A stretch of 64,000 nt of DNA from a virus. Lineage: Duplodnaviria; Caudoviricetes. Of this stretch, positions 19,327 to 29,563 are shown in pieces. The notes beneath the pieces are model-generated. The model saw only the letters and a program-made list of their open reading frames with translations. It made no database searches and was not told the DNA's origin. The DNA lies in IMG/VR virus record IMGVR_UViG_3300009151_000001, positions 32,001 to 96,000 of that record. One strand, given 5' to 3'. Position numbers and translations under genes: made by a program. How positions within the stretch are numbered: the stretch's first letter is position 1; every line of letters starts with the position of its first letter.

Positions 19327-22300
19327 ATGTTAATCTGTCCAAATAAGTCATCAAAACAATGGAAAGAGTTGTCAGATAAGATAGGTTCTAGACAAGCCAT
19401 GTTAGCTTTTATCCGTAATGGAAACGAAATACCTGAATCTGAAGCCAAGGCTAGAGAGTTAATAACAAATAGAGGAATTTTAGAAAGTCTACGTAATATG
19501 CCTAAACTTTCTGAAGATAATATATTTGGTACACTAAAAGCTAATGATTTTATTACTGATAATCAAGTAAAACGTGAGGGTAAAACTTGGTACCAATTAG
19601 CTGACATAGAAAACATTGGTAAAAGACTTGGTGAGTATACTGAACAATACGGTCCTATATTAGAATATGATAATGGATATGTTACAGTAGCTCAAGAGTC
19701 TGTAGATGCTTGGAACAAAGTAGCTGAAGTACAATCAGCTGAAAAACTTACATCTACAAGATTAGCTGAAGAGTTTCTAGATAAAATGGGAATATCTATA
19801 CAAGAAAGAAATGATGTATTACAACGTTATGGATCTAACGGTATAGCTGATATAGCTGAGCGTATGGTGTTGATACAATCAGGTATGCGAGATGTAGCGC
19901 TTCCGGAAGAAGCTTTACACTTCTTTTTAGAAATGCTTCCCCAAGATCACCCAGCTTTAGTAGAAGCTTTAGATAAGATAAGAGACAGGCCTATATATAG
20001 TCAGACACTGAATCAATATAAAAACAATCCAAACTATAGAATAGATGGTCAAGTTAACTTCTCTAAGATTAAAAAAGAAGCTTTAGCTAAAGAGATAGCT
20101 GCTAATATAAAATCTAAAGATAGTCAAACCTGGGTGGGTAGAATAATAGATGGTATATTAAACTTTATTAAATCTATTACTATACAAAAAACAGCTACTG
20201 AAAAACTTCAAGATTTATTCTATAGTGATAATATAGGTAATCTAAATAAAAACCTTAATTCATCAGAAATATATAATCAATTATCTGATGAATATAAAGC
20301 ATTCTATGAAGCTCAGCTTAAAGAAGCTACAGAAGAACAAAAGCAAACTATACAACAAGTATTAAAACATACAGCTTCTATAAACTTTAATAAAGAACAA
20401 CATATTCTTACACAACATAATGTAGCTGAACCTGACGGTGTTCGTCTTAAATCTGTTACACAAGTGTTGGGATCTGACTTCTATAGTGATTTAGATCATA
20501 TACAAGCTGTTCAAACTATTTTAGAAAACTATGCTGAACATTTTCCAGAAGTAACTAATAGTGATAAGGTAAATAAATATATTGATTCATTAAGTTCTAA
20601 CTTAGATACTGATGAAAAAGAAAAGTTGATTAATAAGTTTAAGTCTAAAGAAATTATTAATTATATAAGTAAAGAACTAATGGACCCAGAATCAGGTATT
20701 GATAAAGAGTTTATTGAAGCCTTTACTCCTGACTTAGCTAATGATATATTAAAAACTGCTGAAAACGCTAAAAAAACATTATTTGGAACAGCTGTACATA
20801 GTATTGTAGAAAGTATTATATTAGGAAAAGATATAGACTTTGATAATATAGACCCTATTATTGAATACTTTATGGATAAAAAAACTCTTCGTGAGTTAAT
20901 TTATGGTAAAGGATTAAAAGACACAGGTATAAAAGGATTATTACAAGAAATCCAAAAAGATGGAACTGTATTAATGACAGAAGTAGAAGTTGGTAATAGT
21001 AATCTTGGAGGTGTTATAGATATTGTTGGTGTTAAACCTGACGGAACTGTAGATATATATGACTTTAAAACTAAGTTTTTAAAAGAACATACTCGTAATA
21101 AAGAAAATATTAAAGAAGAGTTTGAACAAATTACACGTGAACAATCTATTTTTGGTGTTAAAAACGATCCGGATACTCTTCAAGATGTAGTTGATAAAAA
21201 ACGTTCTCTTAATCAGAAGTTTACACAACAGCTTTCGTTATATAAAAATATATTAATGGAAGCGGGTATACCAGTTGATAAGTTAAATATCATAGGTGTT
21301 CCTTATAGACTTAATGAAAATGGAAAAATACGTGAAATAAAACCATTTGTTGCTGATCCTATAGGATATAATGACAAGATTGGTAAACATCTTTTTAATA
21401 TAACTGATCCATCTTTGGATGCATCTAAAAAAACAGCTAAGACAGTTAGTATTGAGGATGAGCGTACTAAGACACTAGATAAATTAAGTAAAGAAGGTTT
21501 AAAAGAAACTTTTACTAAAGCTTTAGTAAGACTGGAAGAACTTCGTAGATTTTTTAATACAAGTAAAGATTCAAGAAAAACATATGAACTTCTTACAGAC
21601 TTAGAAACTAAAGTTAATAAAGTAGATGAACAAAGAACTATTGTAAAAACTATTCTTGATAACTTTGAAAACTTTAATGATGCGGCTACATTATTAAATG
21701 CTCAAAAAAGTTTACTAGAAGTAATTGACTCTTCAGTAGGTATTATACAAACCGTTACTAAAGAGTTTGATCGTTTAAAATCTTTACAATCTACAGATGA
21801 AGTTTCAGCTCAACAACGTATAAATGAGTTACAAAAAGTAAATGATTTTATTTCGGGATATGAAACGATATTTAAAGAGATGTTAGGAGCCATTGATAGT
21901 AATAATCTTGATAATCCTTTAGTTAAACGTCTTGTTGATTTATTAGGTGTCACATCTAGTATAAAAGATCAATATATAAATAGTATTTTACCGGATGTTG
22001 TTAATCTAATAAAAGATGAGTTTTCTGAAGAAGGTATTGAAAACATGAGAAGAACTTATACAGAAAACTTAATAGCTGCTAAACAAAGAGGTGATATCAA
22101 ACTAGCTGAAGATATTCAAAAAAGAATAGATGGTCTTCCTTCAAAAGAAACTATCGCTGAAACTATTAAAGGTAATAGAGGTGATGTTGGTTGGTTCTTT
22201 GGTAAGTTTGTAGCTACTATATCTAATCCTGATATGATATTAGCTGGGGTAGCTAAACGTTTAAAACGTGTATTAGATAGAGTAAGATTGATGAATAAAG

Positions 22301-25300
22301 ATTTAAGAGATAACTTAGGTAAGGAGTTTGATAAAAGAACCGCGGCTTATGGTAGAAATATTGACCCTAAAAAAACAAATGAATCTCTTGTATATAAAGT
22401 TAAAGAGTTTAATTCATCTACAGGGAAAGAAGATATGACCGTATTATATTTTAAAAGTGAATATGATGAAAAGTTATATAATGATTATAAAAAACTTCAG
22501 TATAATTTAAAACAAGCTCAAGAAGAAAAAGATGATACTAAAATAAAAGCTGCTAGACTAGCTGTTAAAAACTTTGAACAAAAATATTTTGAAAGTAATT
22601 TTACTTCTGAGTATTTTAAACTTACAGGTATTCTTGATAAGAATGTAACGTATGGGGGTAAAAATACAACAGTAAGAGAAATAGTAGCTGATATCTTTGA
22701 TAAACTTAATTCCATACAAAGAAGGAGTAACTATACAGATGAAGACATCACTAATGGAAATATGAATGATGAAGATCTTCAAGAACGTTTTGAGCTTCAA
22801 CAACAATATGCTTCATTAAAAGAAATGAAAGATTCTTTTGGTAATCCAAAAACTGGAGAAGATCTAAAGATTGCGGAAGCTTTAAAAGAGTATGAAAAAA
22901 ACTCAAGACTTATATATGATTATGTAGAAATGACTACATTATTTAATCGTAAAGAACAAGAGATAAAATTAAAATATGGAGAGAATAGTCTTGAACATGA
23001 ACAATGGATAGCTAAAAATACTAAGCTAACTACTATACCTGAATACTTTACTCGTAGACAAGAAATATTTGATAGGATAAAACAAATCAATAATAACGAT
23101 AATACTTCTGAACAATTAGCTGAGCTTTATAGAGAGCTTAGTGTATTATCTAAACCTTATAGAGATATTGATGGAAACATTCAGGCTCAAAATATGAAAC
23201 CTGAAATAACTGAAAAGATTAAAAATATTGAAAGCGAGATAGTAAGACTTAGACAAAACATGGATGGTTTTATTATGAACGGTAATACTGCAGAAGAAAA
23301 AGAAGAGATGAAAAAACTTAATTTCTTAAAGTATAATGATAAACCTTATGATAGAGAAAGATTAAATGAATTATATACTATTGGTAAACAACGTCTTGAG
23401 GATAAAATAAACTCTGATCCAGACTATGAAGCTAAGTTTGATGAAATGACTAGTCTTTTAGAAGAACTTTCTAATATGAGTAAAAAAGAAATTACCGATC
23501 ATTACTTTAATGAGCTCGAAAAACAAAAAAGATTATTTGCTGAAGCTAATAATGTTAGTTATGAAGAGTTTATGAAAGATAAAGATCTTTATCAAGAGTT
23601 TAAAAATAGTGACTGGTTTATTCAAAATCATAACATTACAAAAACTGTTTTGGAAGAAGGTGATGAGGATGATGATGAAGCAAAAGGATACTCAGTTGAA
23701 GAACCTATATGGTGTTGGAAACGTAATATGCCAGTAGAAAAATATATAACAAGAAAACCGGCTGATCACTTCTATAAAAGAGTGTTAAAAGATTCTTATA
23801 CTGATGAGAATGGTAAAGAAATAAAACTTAAGAACACTGACAACAAAGATGTACAAGATAGATATAAACCTAAAAGTAATGAAGATTATAAAAAAGAATA
23901 TGGAAAAGATCATCCATATCTAAATAAAGAATTCACTACATTAAGAGATAAGTATAATAATAATACAGCTTCTGAAAAAGAAAAAGTTGATTATGAAAAT
24001 TTATTATTTATTCATAAAGTACAACTAGACGCTCAAAAAGATATAGAATTATCTCAAAGATTAGGATTAGCTGTTTCATTCCAAGAAAAACATGGATTAG
24101 AAAGAACAATCGAAAGTGGTGGTAACAATATATTACAAAAAGGTAATAGTATATGGCAAGGTGTTAAAAGATCTTTTACATCTACAGAACAAGATATTGA
24201 TCAAGAAGGTCTAGCTTCTTCTAAAACTCAATACTCAAGATTAGCTACAATGGATAATAATGAGTATAAGTTTGTTCCAGTAAGATTTTCTACAAAAGGA
24301 GATGCTGATAACGCTAGTTATGATGTATGGGGAGCTACGTTAAACTATGTAGCTGCTATTAATCGTAAAAAAGAACTTCAAAAAGAGTTTGCTCTTATGA
24401 ATGGATTAGAAAAAATACTAGGTGATGAAAGTAATCAACCAAAAAGTGAAACTAATAATCTTATAGCTAATAGTATTTTTAAAAAGTATTTTCCTGAAGC
24501 TGCTGATAAAAAAATAAACAGTGGTAGTAATGTAAGATTAGATGTATTAAAAAGCTTTGTAAATACTATATTATTTAATGAAGAGTCGTTTAAAGGATAC
24601 GAAGTATTAGGCGCTAACTCTCAGAAAGTAGTAAACCAAGTAATGAAACTCATATCTAGAACTACACTTGGTATTGCTCCTTTTAACTGGACAACAAACT
24701 TGATATCTGGGCATGTTCAAAATGTTATAGAAGCTGTTGGTGGAAACAACATATCATTAAAAAAAGTTATGGAAGCCAGAAAGATTATATACACAGGATC
24801 TAGTAAATATGGTAATCCTATAAAAGATATGATAAGTGATTACACAAAATCTAAAGTGGGTAATCTTTCATACTGGGGTCAATTAATGGAAGTATTTGAT
24901 CCTATTCAAGGTGAGTTTGAAGATGAATATGGTCATAAAACACAAATGAATACTATTAAAAACATTCTAAACTTAGGTGTATATGGTGGTAGAATTTGGG
25001 GTGAGTGGGAAATACAAATGGGAACTTTTATAGCCTACATGTCAAATAATAAAGTATATGATGGTAAGGTTATGGATAGAGAAACTTTTATTACTAAAAA
25101 AGTGGGTGATATAACCGGATTATCTCTTAAAGAAATATCTTCTAAAAAACTAGATGCTATAAAAGAATTTGATTCTTTAGAAATATCTTTATTAGATATG
25201 TTTGAAAAAGATAAAACTGGTAAACTAGTTGTTAAAAATGAATATAAAGATGTATTCCAGTTGGGTAGTAAAGAGTTTAGTGAAATAGTAGCTAAGTTAC

Positions 25301-26067
25301 ACTCTATGCAAAAAAGACTAAATGGATCTTATAATAAATTTGATAGAACATATATAGAAAAAACATCTATAGGTAGAATGACAATGTTTTTTAGAAAACA
25401 CATTATACCATTAGGTGTTAACAGATGGGGTATGCGAAGAGAAAATTTTGAAAGTATGACTGCTGAAGAAGGATTCTATCTTACCTTCTGTAGAAGTATA
25501 GGTAAAGATCTTATTAAGTTCCGTTTAAATAATGTAGTTAATTGGCAAAATTATTCTGACGCGGAAAAAAGAGCTATAAAAAGAACATTAACAGACGTAG
25601 GTATTGTATTAAGTTGTTTAGCTGCTTATACACTTATAGGTGGATATAATGATAATGATAAGGATAAAATGAAAAAACTTAGAAGATCATCTTGGGCTAA
25701 TCAAGCATTAGTAGCTGAGCTTATGAAAATTAAATCAGAAACCGAACAGTTTATACCTCTTCCTGATATGGGACTTAATGAAATTAAAAGACTATATTCT
25801 AATCCATCTCTTATTCTTTCTGAAACAACTCAGATGTTATATATGAGTAAACTATTATTAGAACAAGGTGTAAATACAATACCTGGTGTTCACTATTTTG
25901 ATAATAATCTTTATTATCAAAAAGAAGTAGATCAAGGTGGACTAGGTGATGAAGGTGATTCTAAACTATTACATGAACTTGTTAGATCATTTATTGGATA
26001 TAGTGGTAAAACATTCCATCCATCAGACATGGTTAAATCACTTGAATATGGACAAAGAATTAAATAA
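19327..26067 (+). CDS. Giant virion cargo protein (2246 aa) with a PD-(D/E)XK nuclease-like domain
   Basis: GTAVHSIVE...EVEV...GVIDIV...IYDFKT...QQLSLY; degenerate zincin-like EEALH near the N-terminus. Confidence 0.75.
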   Translation: MLICPNKSSKQWKELSDKIGSRQAMLAFIRNGNEIPESEAKARELITNRGILESLRNMPKLSEDNIFGTLKANDFITDNQVKREGKTWYQLADIENIGKRLGEYTEQYGPILEYDNGYVTVAQESVDAWNKVAEVQSAEKLTSTRLAEEFLDKMGISIQERNDVLQRYGSNGIADIAERMVLIQSGMRDVALPEEALHFFLEMLPQDHPALVEALDKIRDRPIYSQTLNQYKNNPNYRIDGQVNFSKIKKEALAKEIAANIKSKDSQTWVGRIIDGILNFIKSITIQKTATEKLQDLFYSDNIGNLNKNLNSSEIYNQLSDEYKAFYEAQLKEATEEQKQTIQQVLKHTASINFNKEQHILTQHNVAEPDGVRLKSVTQVLGSDFYSDLDHIQAVQTILENYAEHFPEVTNSDKVNKYIDSLSSNLDTDEKEKLINKFKSKEIINYISKELMDPESGIDKEFIEAFTPDLANDILKTAENAKKTLFGTAVHSIVESIILGKDIDFDNIDPIIEYFMDKKTLRELIYGKGLKDTGIKGLLQEIQKDGTVLMTEVEVGNSNLGGVIDIVGVKPDGTVDIYDFKTKFLKEHTRNKENIKEEFEQITREQSIFGVKNDPDTLQDVVDKKRSLNQKFTQQLSLYKNILMEAGIPVDKLNIIGVPYRLNENGKIREIKPFVADPIGYNDKIGKHLFNITDPSLDASKKTAKTVSIEDERTKTLDKLSKEGLKETFTKALVRLEELRRFFNTSKDSRKTYELLTDLETKVNKVDEQRTIVKTILDNFENFNDAATLLNAQKSLLEVIDSSVGIIQTVTKEFDRLKSLQSTDEVSAQQRINELQKVNDFISGYETIFKEMLGAIDSNNLDNPLVKRLVDLLGVTSSIKDQYINSILPDVVNLIKDEFSEEGIENMRRTYTENLIAAKQRGDIKLAEDIQKRIDGLPSKETIAETIKGNRGDVGWFFGKFVATISNPDMILAGVAKRLKRVLDRVRLMNKDLRDNLGKEFDKRTAAYGRNIDPKKTNESLVYKVKEFNSSTGKEDMTVLYFKSEYDEKLYNDYKKLQYNLKQAQEEKDDTKIKAARLAVKNFEQKYFESNFTSEYFKLTGILDKNVTYGGKNTTVREIVADIFDKLNSIQRRSNYTDEDITNGNMNDEDLQERFELQQQYASLKEMKDSFGNPKTGEDLKIAEALKEYEKNSRLIYDYVEMTTLFNRKEQEIKLKYGENSLEHEQWIAKNTKLTTIPEYFTRRQEIFDRIKQINNNDNTSEQLAELYRELSVLSKPYRDIDGNIQAQNMKPEITEKIKNIESEIVRLRQNMDGFIMNGNTAEEKEEMKKLNFLKYNDKPYDRERLNELYTIGKQRLEDKINSDPDYEAKFDEMTSLLEELSNMSKKEITDHYFNELEKQKRLFAEANNVSYEEFMKDKDLYQEFKNSDWFIQNHNITKTVLEEGDEDDDEAKGYSVEEPIWCWKRNMPVEKYITRKPADHFYKRVLKDSYTDENGKEIKLKNTDNKDVQDRYKPKSNEDYKKEYGKDHPYLNKEFTTLRDKYNNNTASEKEKVDYENLLFIHKVQLDAQKDIELSQRLGLAVSFQEKHGLERTIESGGNNILQKGNSIWQGVKRSFTSTEQDIDQEGLASSKTQYSRLATMDNNEYKFVPVRFSTKGDADNASYDVWGATLNYVAAINRKKELQKEFALMNGLEKILGDESNQPKSETNNLIANSIFKKYFPEAADKKINSGSNVRLDVLKSFVNTILFNEESFKGYEVLGANSQKVVNQVMKLISRTTLGIAPFNWTTNLISGHVQNVIEAVGGNNISLKKVMEARKIIYTGSSKYGNPIKDMISDYTKSKVGNLSYWGQLMEVFDPIQGEFEDEYGHKTQMNTIKNILNLGVYGGRIWGEWEIQMGTFIAYMSNNKVYDGKVMDRETFITKKVGDITGLSLKEISSKKLDAIKEFDSLEISLLDMFEKDKTGKLVVKNEYKDVFQLGSKEFSEIVAKLHSMQKRLNGSYNKFDRTYIEKTSIGRMTMFFRKHIIPLGVNRWGMRRENFESMTAEEGFYLTFCRSIGKDLIKFRLNNVVNWQNYSDAEKRAIKRTLTDVGIVLSCLAAYTLIGGYNDNDKDKMKKLRRSSWANQALVAELMKIKSETEQFIPLPDMGLNEIKRLYSNPSLILSETTQMLYMSKLLLEQGVNTIPGVHYFDNNLYYQKEVDQGGLGDEGDSKLLHELVRSFIGYSGKTFHPSDMVKSLEYGQRIK

Positions 26068-26070
26068 AAG

Positions 26071-26096
26071 AAAAGGAGATCTACTGATCTCCTTTT
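26071..26096. terminator. Bidirectional intrinsic terminator between the converging structural and replication blocks
   Basis: AAAAGGAGATC-TACT-GATCTCCTTTT. Confidence 0.85.
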
Positions 26097-27199
26097 ACTT
26101 CAAAAGGATGTTTCATGATAAAACAATCCTGTGGTTGATCCGTGTGTTTTTTAAAGCCGTTAATATAGCTTTGTATATTTGTAGATCCAACTGGATTATG
26201 TGAATGACAACATGCTTTCCAAGATAATAAAGTTTTATACTCATTTTCTAAAATACTGATATCAGGAATAAAAAATGGATGTCTAAATTTATAATCTATA
26301 TTTGGTTGTAAAATAGATGGTTTTGTAATAGGTAAATCATTAGCATTTTTCCATATAAAACCTTTACTTGTTTTATATAAATTTCTTGCACAAGCTCTTA
26401 TTGATGAAGCACTAAATCCTAGTTGTCTAGCAGCTTCTTCACTACTACCATAAACGTCAATTAAGTTATTATTAATATCATATTGAGCTATTGGTATACT
26501 AATAGACGTATTTTCAGAAACTCTGCTTCTTTTTTTTGGTCTTATATTATTATTTATAGCATGTTCATTATTTTCTTTAGATGTACACCATTCTAAATTA
26601 CTCCAATGATTATTCCATCTATTCCCATCTATATGATTTATTTGTGATTTATTATCAATATTAACAATAAACGATTCAGCAACAAGTCTATGAATCTTTT
26701 TTCTACTTTTATTACCATTACCATCATATAATGTTACCATTAAACCAGTAACTGATTTATCAGGTTTAAGAAAAGCATTTGTCTTTCCATTTTTTTTATT
26801 ATATCCTTTATGAATAATTCTTCCAAAATTAGATACTTTATAAATAGATTCATAACCAGGTATGTCTTTCCATACTTCTTCTGTATATAATAATCTTTTC
26901 TGACAATGTTCTACTAACCAACGCGCGCAATCTAGTCCGGTTTTTTCTTTATACTGTCCATAGTTAGGATGTTGAAATCCTTCTATCATAAGTTGTTTGT
27001 AATAGTCATCCATATGTTCCTGGGCCAGGTCATGATCAAAAGAGATCAGATCTGGTATACCGTTTTTGGATATGTATTCTACAAACTCATCATAGTTTCT
27101 TACAACATTCCATGGATGATATCCGGGAATAGTAGTGGTTGGCGTACGCGTATCATCGAGGTAACAACACTTTTTTAATTTTTGATTTTCTTTATCCAT
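26081..27199 (-). CDS. Cyclic-phosphate-processing receiver-like protein with an in-frame NUMOD4-HNH-NUMOD1 endonuclease insert
   Basis: YLDD.R, ISFDHDL, TGLDCARWL and HSHNPVG flank an insert with EVWKDIPGY..YKVSNFGRI, HRLVA, NHIDGNRWNN..NLEW and IRAC...GFIWK. Confidence 0.75.
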   Translation of the reverse strand: MDKENQKLKKCCYLDDTRTPTTTIPGYHPWNVVRNYDEFVEYISKNGIPDLISFDHDLAQEHMDDYYKQLMIEGFQHPNYGQYKEKTGLDCARWLVEHCQKRLLYTEEVWKDIPGYESIYKVSNFGRIIHKGYNKKNGKTNAFLKPDKSVTGLMVTLYDGNGNKSRKKIHRLVAESFIVNIDNKSQINHIDGNRWNNHWSNLEWCTSKENNEHAINNNIRPKKRSRVSENTSISIPIAQYDINNNLIDVYGSSEEAARQLGFSASSIRACARNLYKTSKGFIWKNANDLPITKPSILQPNIDYKFRHPFFIPDISILENEYKTLLSWKACCHSHNPVGSTNIQSYINGFKKHTDQPQDCFIMKHPFEVKGDQ

Positions 27200-27342
27200 C
27201 TTTTTTAAATTCGTTTTCTAAATACTCAATTAGATACTTAGCGTATCCTGTTAATATCTCTTTATCCTGAAAAATAAAGCTGTTAAGATTAGACTCAACA
27301 GCTTTATTATATTCTTCTTTTAGTAGTTTTAAACTACTTTTA

Positions 27343-27999
27343 TTAATATACAGACTTTCCTGATTCACTACTATAATTTTGATGATATTTTGATTCTTGT
27401 ACACCAGTTTGACCGTGGTATTTACTACCTGCTTTTTGATCATAGGATTCTTCTATTTCTCCCTCCACTCTAGCAAACTCTAACTGACATATTTTCATGT
27501 TAGGATATACTAATATAGGACGTGTAGCAACAAGTTCTAACACTAAGCTTCCTTCGAATCCTGGATCTATAAAACCAGCAGTTATATGTATAAACAATCC
27601 AAGTCTACCTAAAGAAGATTTACCTTCAACCTTAGCTCTTATATTACCTTTTACACCGATACGTTCGTTTACAGCATAAAGATAAACATCTCCCGGCATA
27701 AGAACACATCCATAATCTGGAATAGTAAATTCTTCTACTTCATTAGGTTTGCGTGGATCCAATGGTTCAGTGTAAACATACATACCATGACTATCTATAA
27801 AATATAGTTCTTCTTTATCTAATATATATTGAGGAACTTGATCTTTAAATACTTTTTTTACAGGCGTTTTATATATCTTAAAACTAGGCGCCAGCGTAAG
27901 ATCAACACTAACTGGATTCAAATACTTTTCTTCAAAAGGAGCTATAATAACTTTACCTTTTAATAACTCATCTTTAATTACTTTGTCTGATAATATCAT
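27343..27999 (-). CDS. dcd: dCTP deaminase
   Basis: MILSD, NPVSVDL, EGKSSLGRLGL, TAGFIDPGFEG.LVLEL, KICQL, KYHGQ. Confidence 0.92.
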   Translation of the reverse strand: MILSDKVIKDELLKGKVIIAPFEEKYLNPVSVDLTLAPSFKIYKTPVKKVFKDQVPQYILDKEELYFIDSHGMYVYTEPLDPRKPNEVEEFTIPDYGCVLMPGDVYLYAVNERIGVKGNIRAKVEGKSSLGRLGLFIHITAGFIDPGFEGSLVLELVATRPILVYPNMKICQLEFARVEGEIEESYDQKAGSKYHGQTGVQESKYHQNYSSESGKSVY

Positions 28000-28274
28000 A
28001 ATGGTATATTTTTTAATGTTTTTTCTATTAACTCTTTATCTCCTGGTTTTAAAGCCGACATTCTTAATGCTATATCTTTCTTTAAAACAGAAGAATATAT
28101 TTGTGTTTTTCTTACACATCTTTTTTGTACATCTGCTGGTGGTATACCCAATCTATTACCAGCTTTGTTAAAGTTCTCATACACACCTATAAGTTTAGAA
28201 TCCCCCTGTAAAAGAGGATCATAAACTTTAACACATGTATCAGAACACACATCATTTCTTAAAGCTAAACTCAT
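27996..28274 (-). CDS. Hypothetical protein, possible HTH/NUMOD1-like DNA binder
   Basis: Operonic ORF; LIGVYENFNKAGNRLGI pattern. Confidence 0.5.
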   Translation of the reverse strand: MSLALRNDVCSDTCVKVYDPLLQGDSKLIGVYENFNKAGNRLGIPPADVQKRCVRKTQIYSSVLKKDIALRMSALKPGDKELIEKTLKNIPL

Positions 28275-28275
28275 T

Positions 28276-28560
28276 CTATAAATTTAAATTATTTAATTTT
28301 TTAAAATTATCAACTTGATGTTTAGCTTGTTTTAAATCAAGTCCTGTAAAATCCTTGTGTTCTTTTACAGATTGTAGATACTCTTCATTGATTATATGGT
28401 GAATAGTTTTTCCAGATAAGTTATCTGGATTTTTATATTCAACATAAAAATACGTGCTCATTCTTTTATCTATAGTGGCTTTAAATATTTCTAATTCTTC
28501 TTTAGAAGCTTTAGTTGCTAGATATATGTTTACAGTAGCTGTATGTTTTGTTAAGCCCAT
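28276..28560 (-). CDS. Hypothetical protein
   Basis: Tightly packed operonic ORF. Confidence 0.55.
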   Translation of the reverse strand: MGLTKHTATVNIYLATKASKEELEIFKATIDKRMSTYFYVEYKNPDNLSGKTIHHIINEEYLQSVKEHKDFTGLDLKQAKHQVDNFKKLNNLNL

Positions 28561-29177
28561 TATAATAACTTTATTTGTTTTAATATTTCTTTTACTGTTA
28601 ATTCAAGACTAGTTATATCAGAAACATTAGCTATCTTAAAATCAAACTCCCAATCATCTAAGGCTACTTCGCTAGGATGACTATTTATTGGTTTATATCC
28701 CGGACGATCAACACGAATAATAACACCTCCTTTATCTTTAATAGCTTTAGCTTCATTAGGAAATCTAACATCTGTTATCACCCATTTACTAGGGTGATGT
28801 TCAGACATCTTTGGTGATTTATAATCCGCGAATAAAGCGTTCACCCATATATTATCGTGTAAACAGTTTCTCATAGCGTCTGTACCAAGAAGCTGTAAAA
28901 ACATCCTTACAGTCATTGATTTAGAAATGTCTTCTCTGTCTATACCTTTTGGTAGCCACTTTTTTTCTATAACTTTAGTATTCCATTCAGGTCCTAAATC
29001 AGTTTTTTTAAACTCTTGATCTTCAAACATTTCTACGGGAATACCTGTTAGGATAGAAGCTATGAGTTTTAACTTACCCGCAAACATTTTCATTTCCCAG
29101 GTATGATCTAATTCCCATATAATCTTTCCTATTGTACTTTTACCAGAACCACTATATCCTGAAACTCCGATTATCAT
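28560..29177 (-). CDS. Deoxynucleoside monophosphate kinase
   Basis: IIGVSGYSGSGKST P-loop, FAGKLK, R.FLQLLGTD, ITDVRFPNEA, HPSE. Confidence 0.9.
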   Translation of the reverse strand: MIIGVSGYSGSGKSTIGKIIWELDHTWEMKMFAGKLKLIASILTGIPVEMFEDQEFKKTDLGPEWNTKVIEKKWLPKGIDREDISKSMTVRMFLQLLGTDAMRNCLHDNIWVNALFADYKSPKMSEHHPSKWVITDVRFPNEAKAIKDKGGVIIRVDRPGYKPINSHPSEVALDDWEFDFKIANVSDITSLELTVKEILKQIKLL

Positions 29178-29178
29178 T

Positions 29179-29520
29179 TTATTTATATTTATTATTAATA
29201 AATGTTTGAATCATGTCCACTACTTCTTCTACATCATCTGGTGGAACTCTAAATACTTCTTCAGTAATCAACATCAAATATACAAGATCTGCTCTATCTA
29301 AATACTTTTTTACTGTTAATACTGACTTACTATCTGGCATTAAGCTACAGACTTCGTTTACAGCTAATTGAGCTGCTTTTAGAGCTTTACCTAATATATA
29401 TTTTTGTTGTTTACTAGTTAAAGATTTACTAGCTTCAATTCTTATTTCTATACACTTTAGATGTTGTAAAACACAAGCAAATAAATCAGATATACTATTT
29501 TCACTTAGTTGATCATCCAT
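29179..29520 (-). CDS. Hypothetical protein
   Basis: Operonic ORF. Confidence 0.6.
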   Translation of the reverse strand: MDDQLSENSISDLFACVLQHLKCIEIRIEASKSLTSKQQKYILGKALKAAQLAVNEVCSLMPDSKSVLTVKKYLDRADLVYLMLITEEVFRVPPDDVEEVVDMIQTFINNKYK

Positions 29521-29530
29521 AAATAAATTT

Positions 29531-29560
29531 AAAAAATTAGGGAGATTATTCTCCCTAATT
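29531..29560 (-). terminator. Intrinsic terminator
   Basis: AATTAGGGAGA/TCTCCCTAATT stem followed by a T run on the minus strand. Confidence 0.7.
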
Positions 29561-29563
29561 ACA

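Noticed and set aside
717-26203. Many short minus-strand and alternate-frame ORFs inside the giant + strand genes (also 649..900)
   Set aside because: Shadow ORFs nested in long coding frames with no recognisable motifs
26081-27199. Intein as the explanation for the HNH insert
   Set aside because: No Hint block A/B/F/G motifs; the HN dipeptide is followed by Pro and belongs to the host HSxNPVG motif
27343-27999. Uracil-substituted genome suggested by dCTP deaminase
   Set aside because: The phage also encodes an intact family 1 UDG, which fits ordinary dTTP supply
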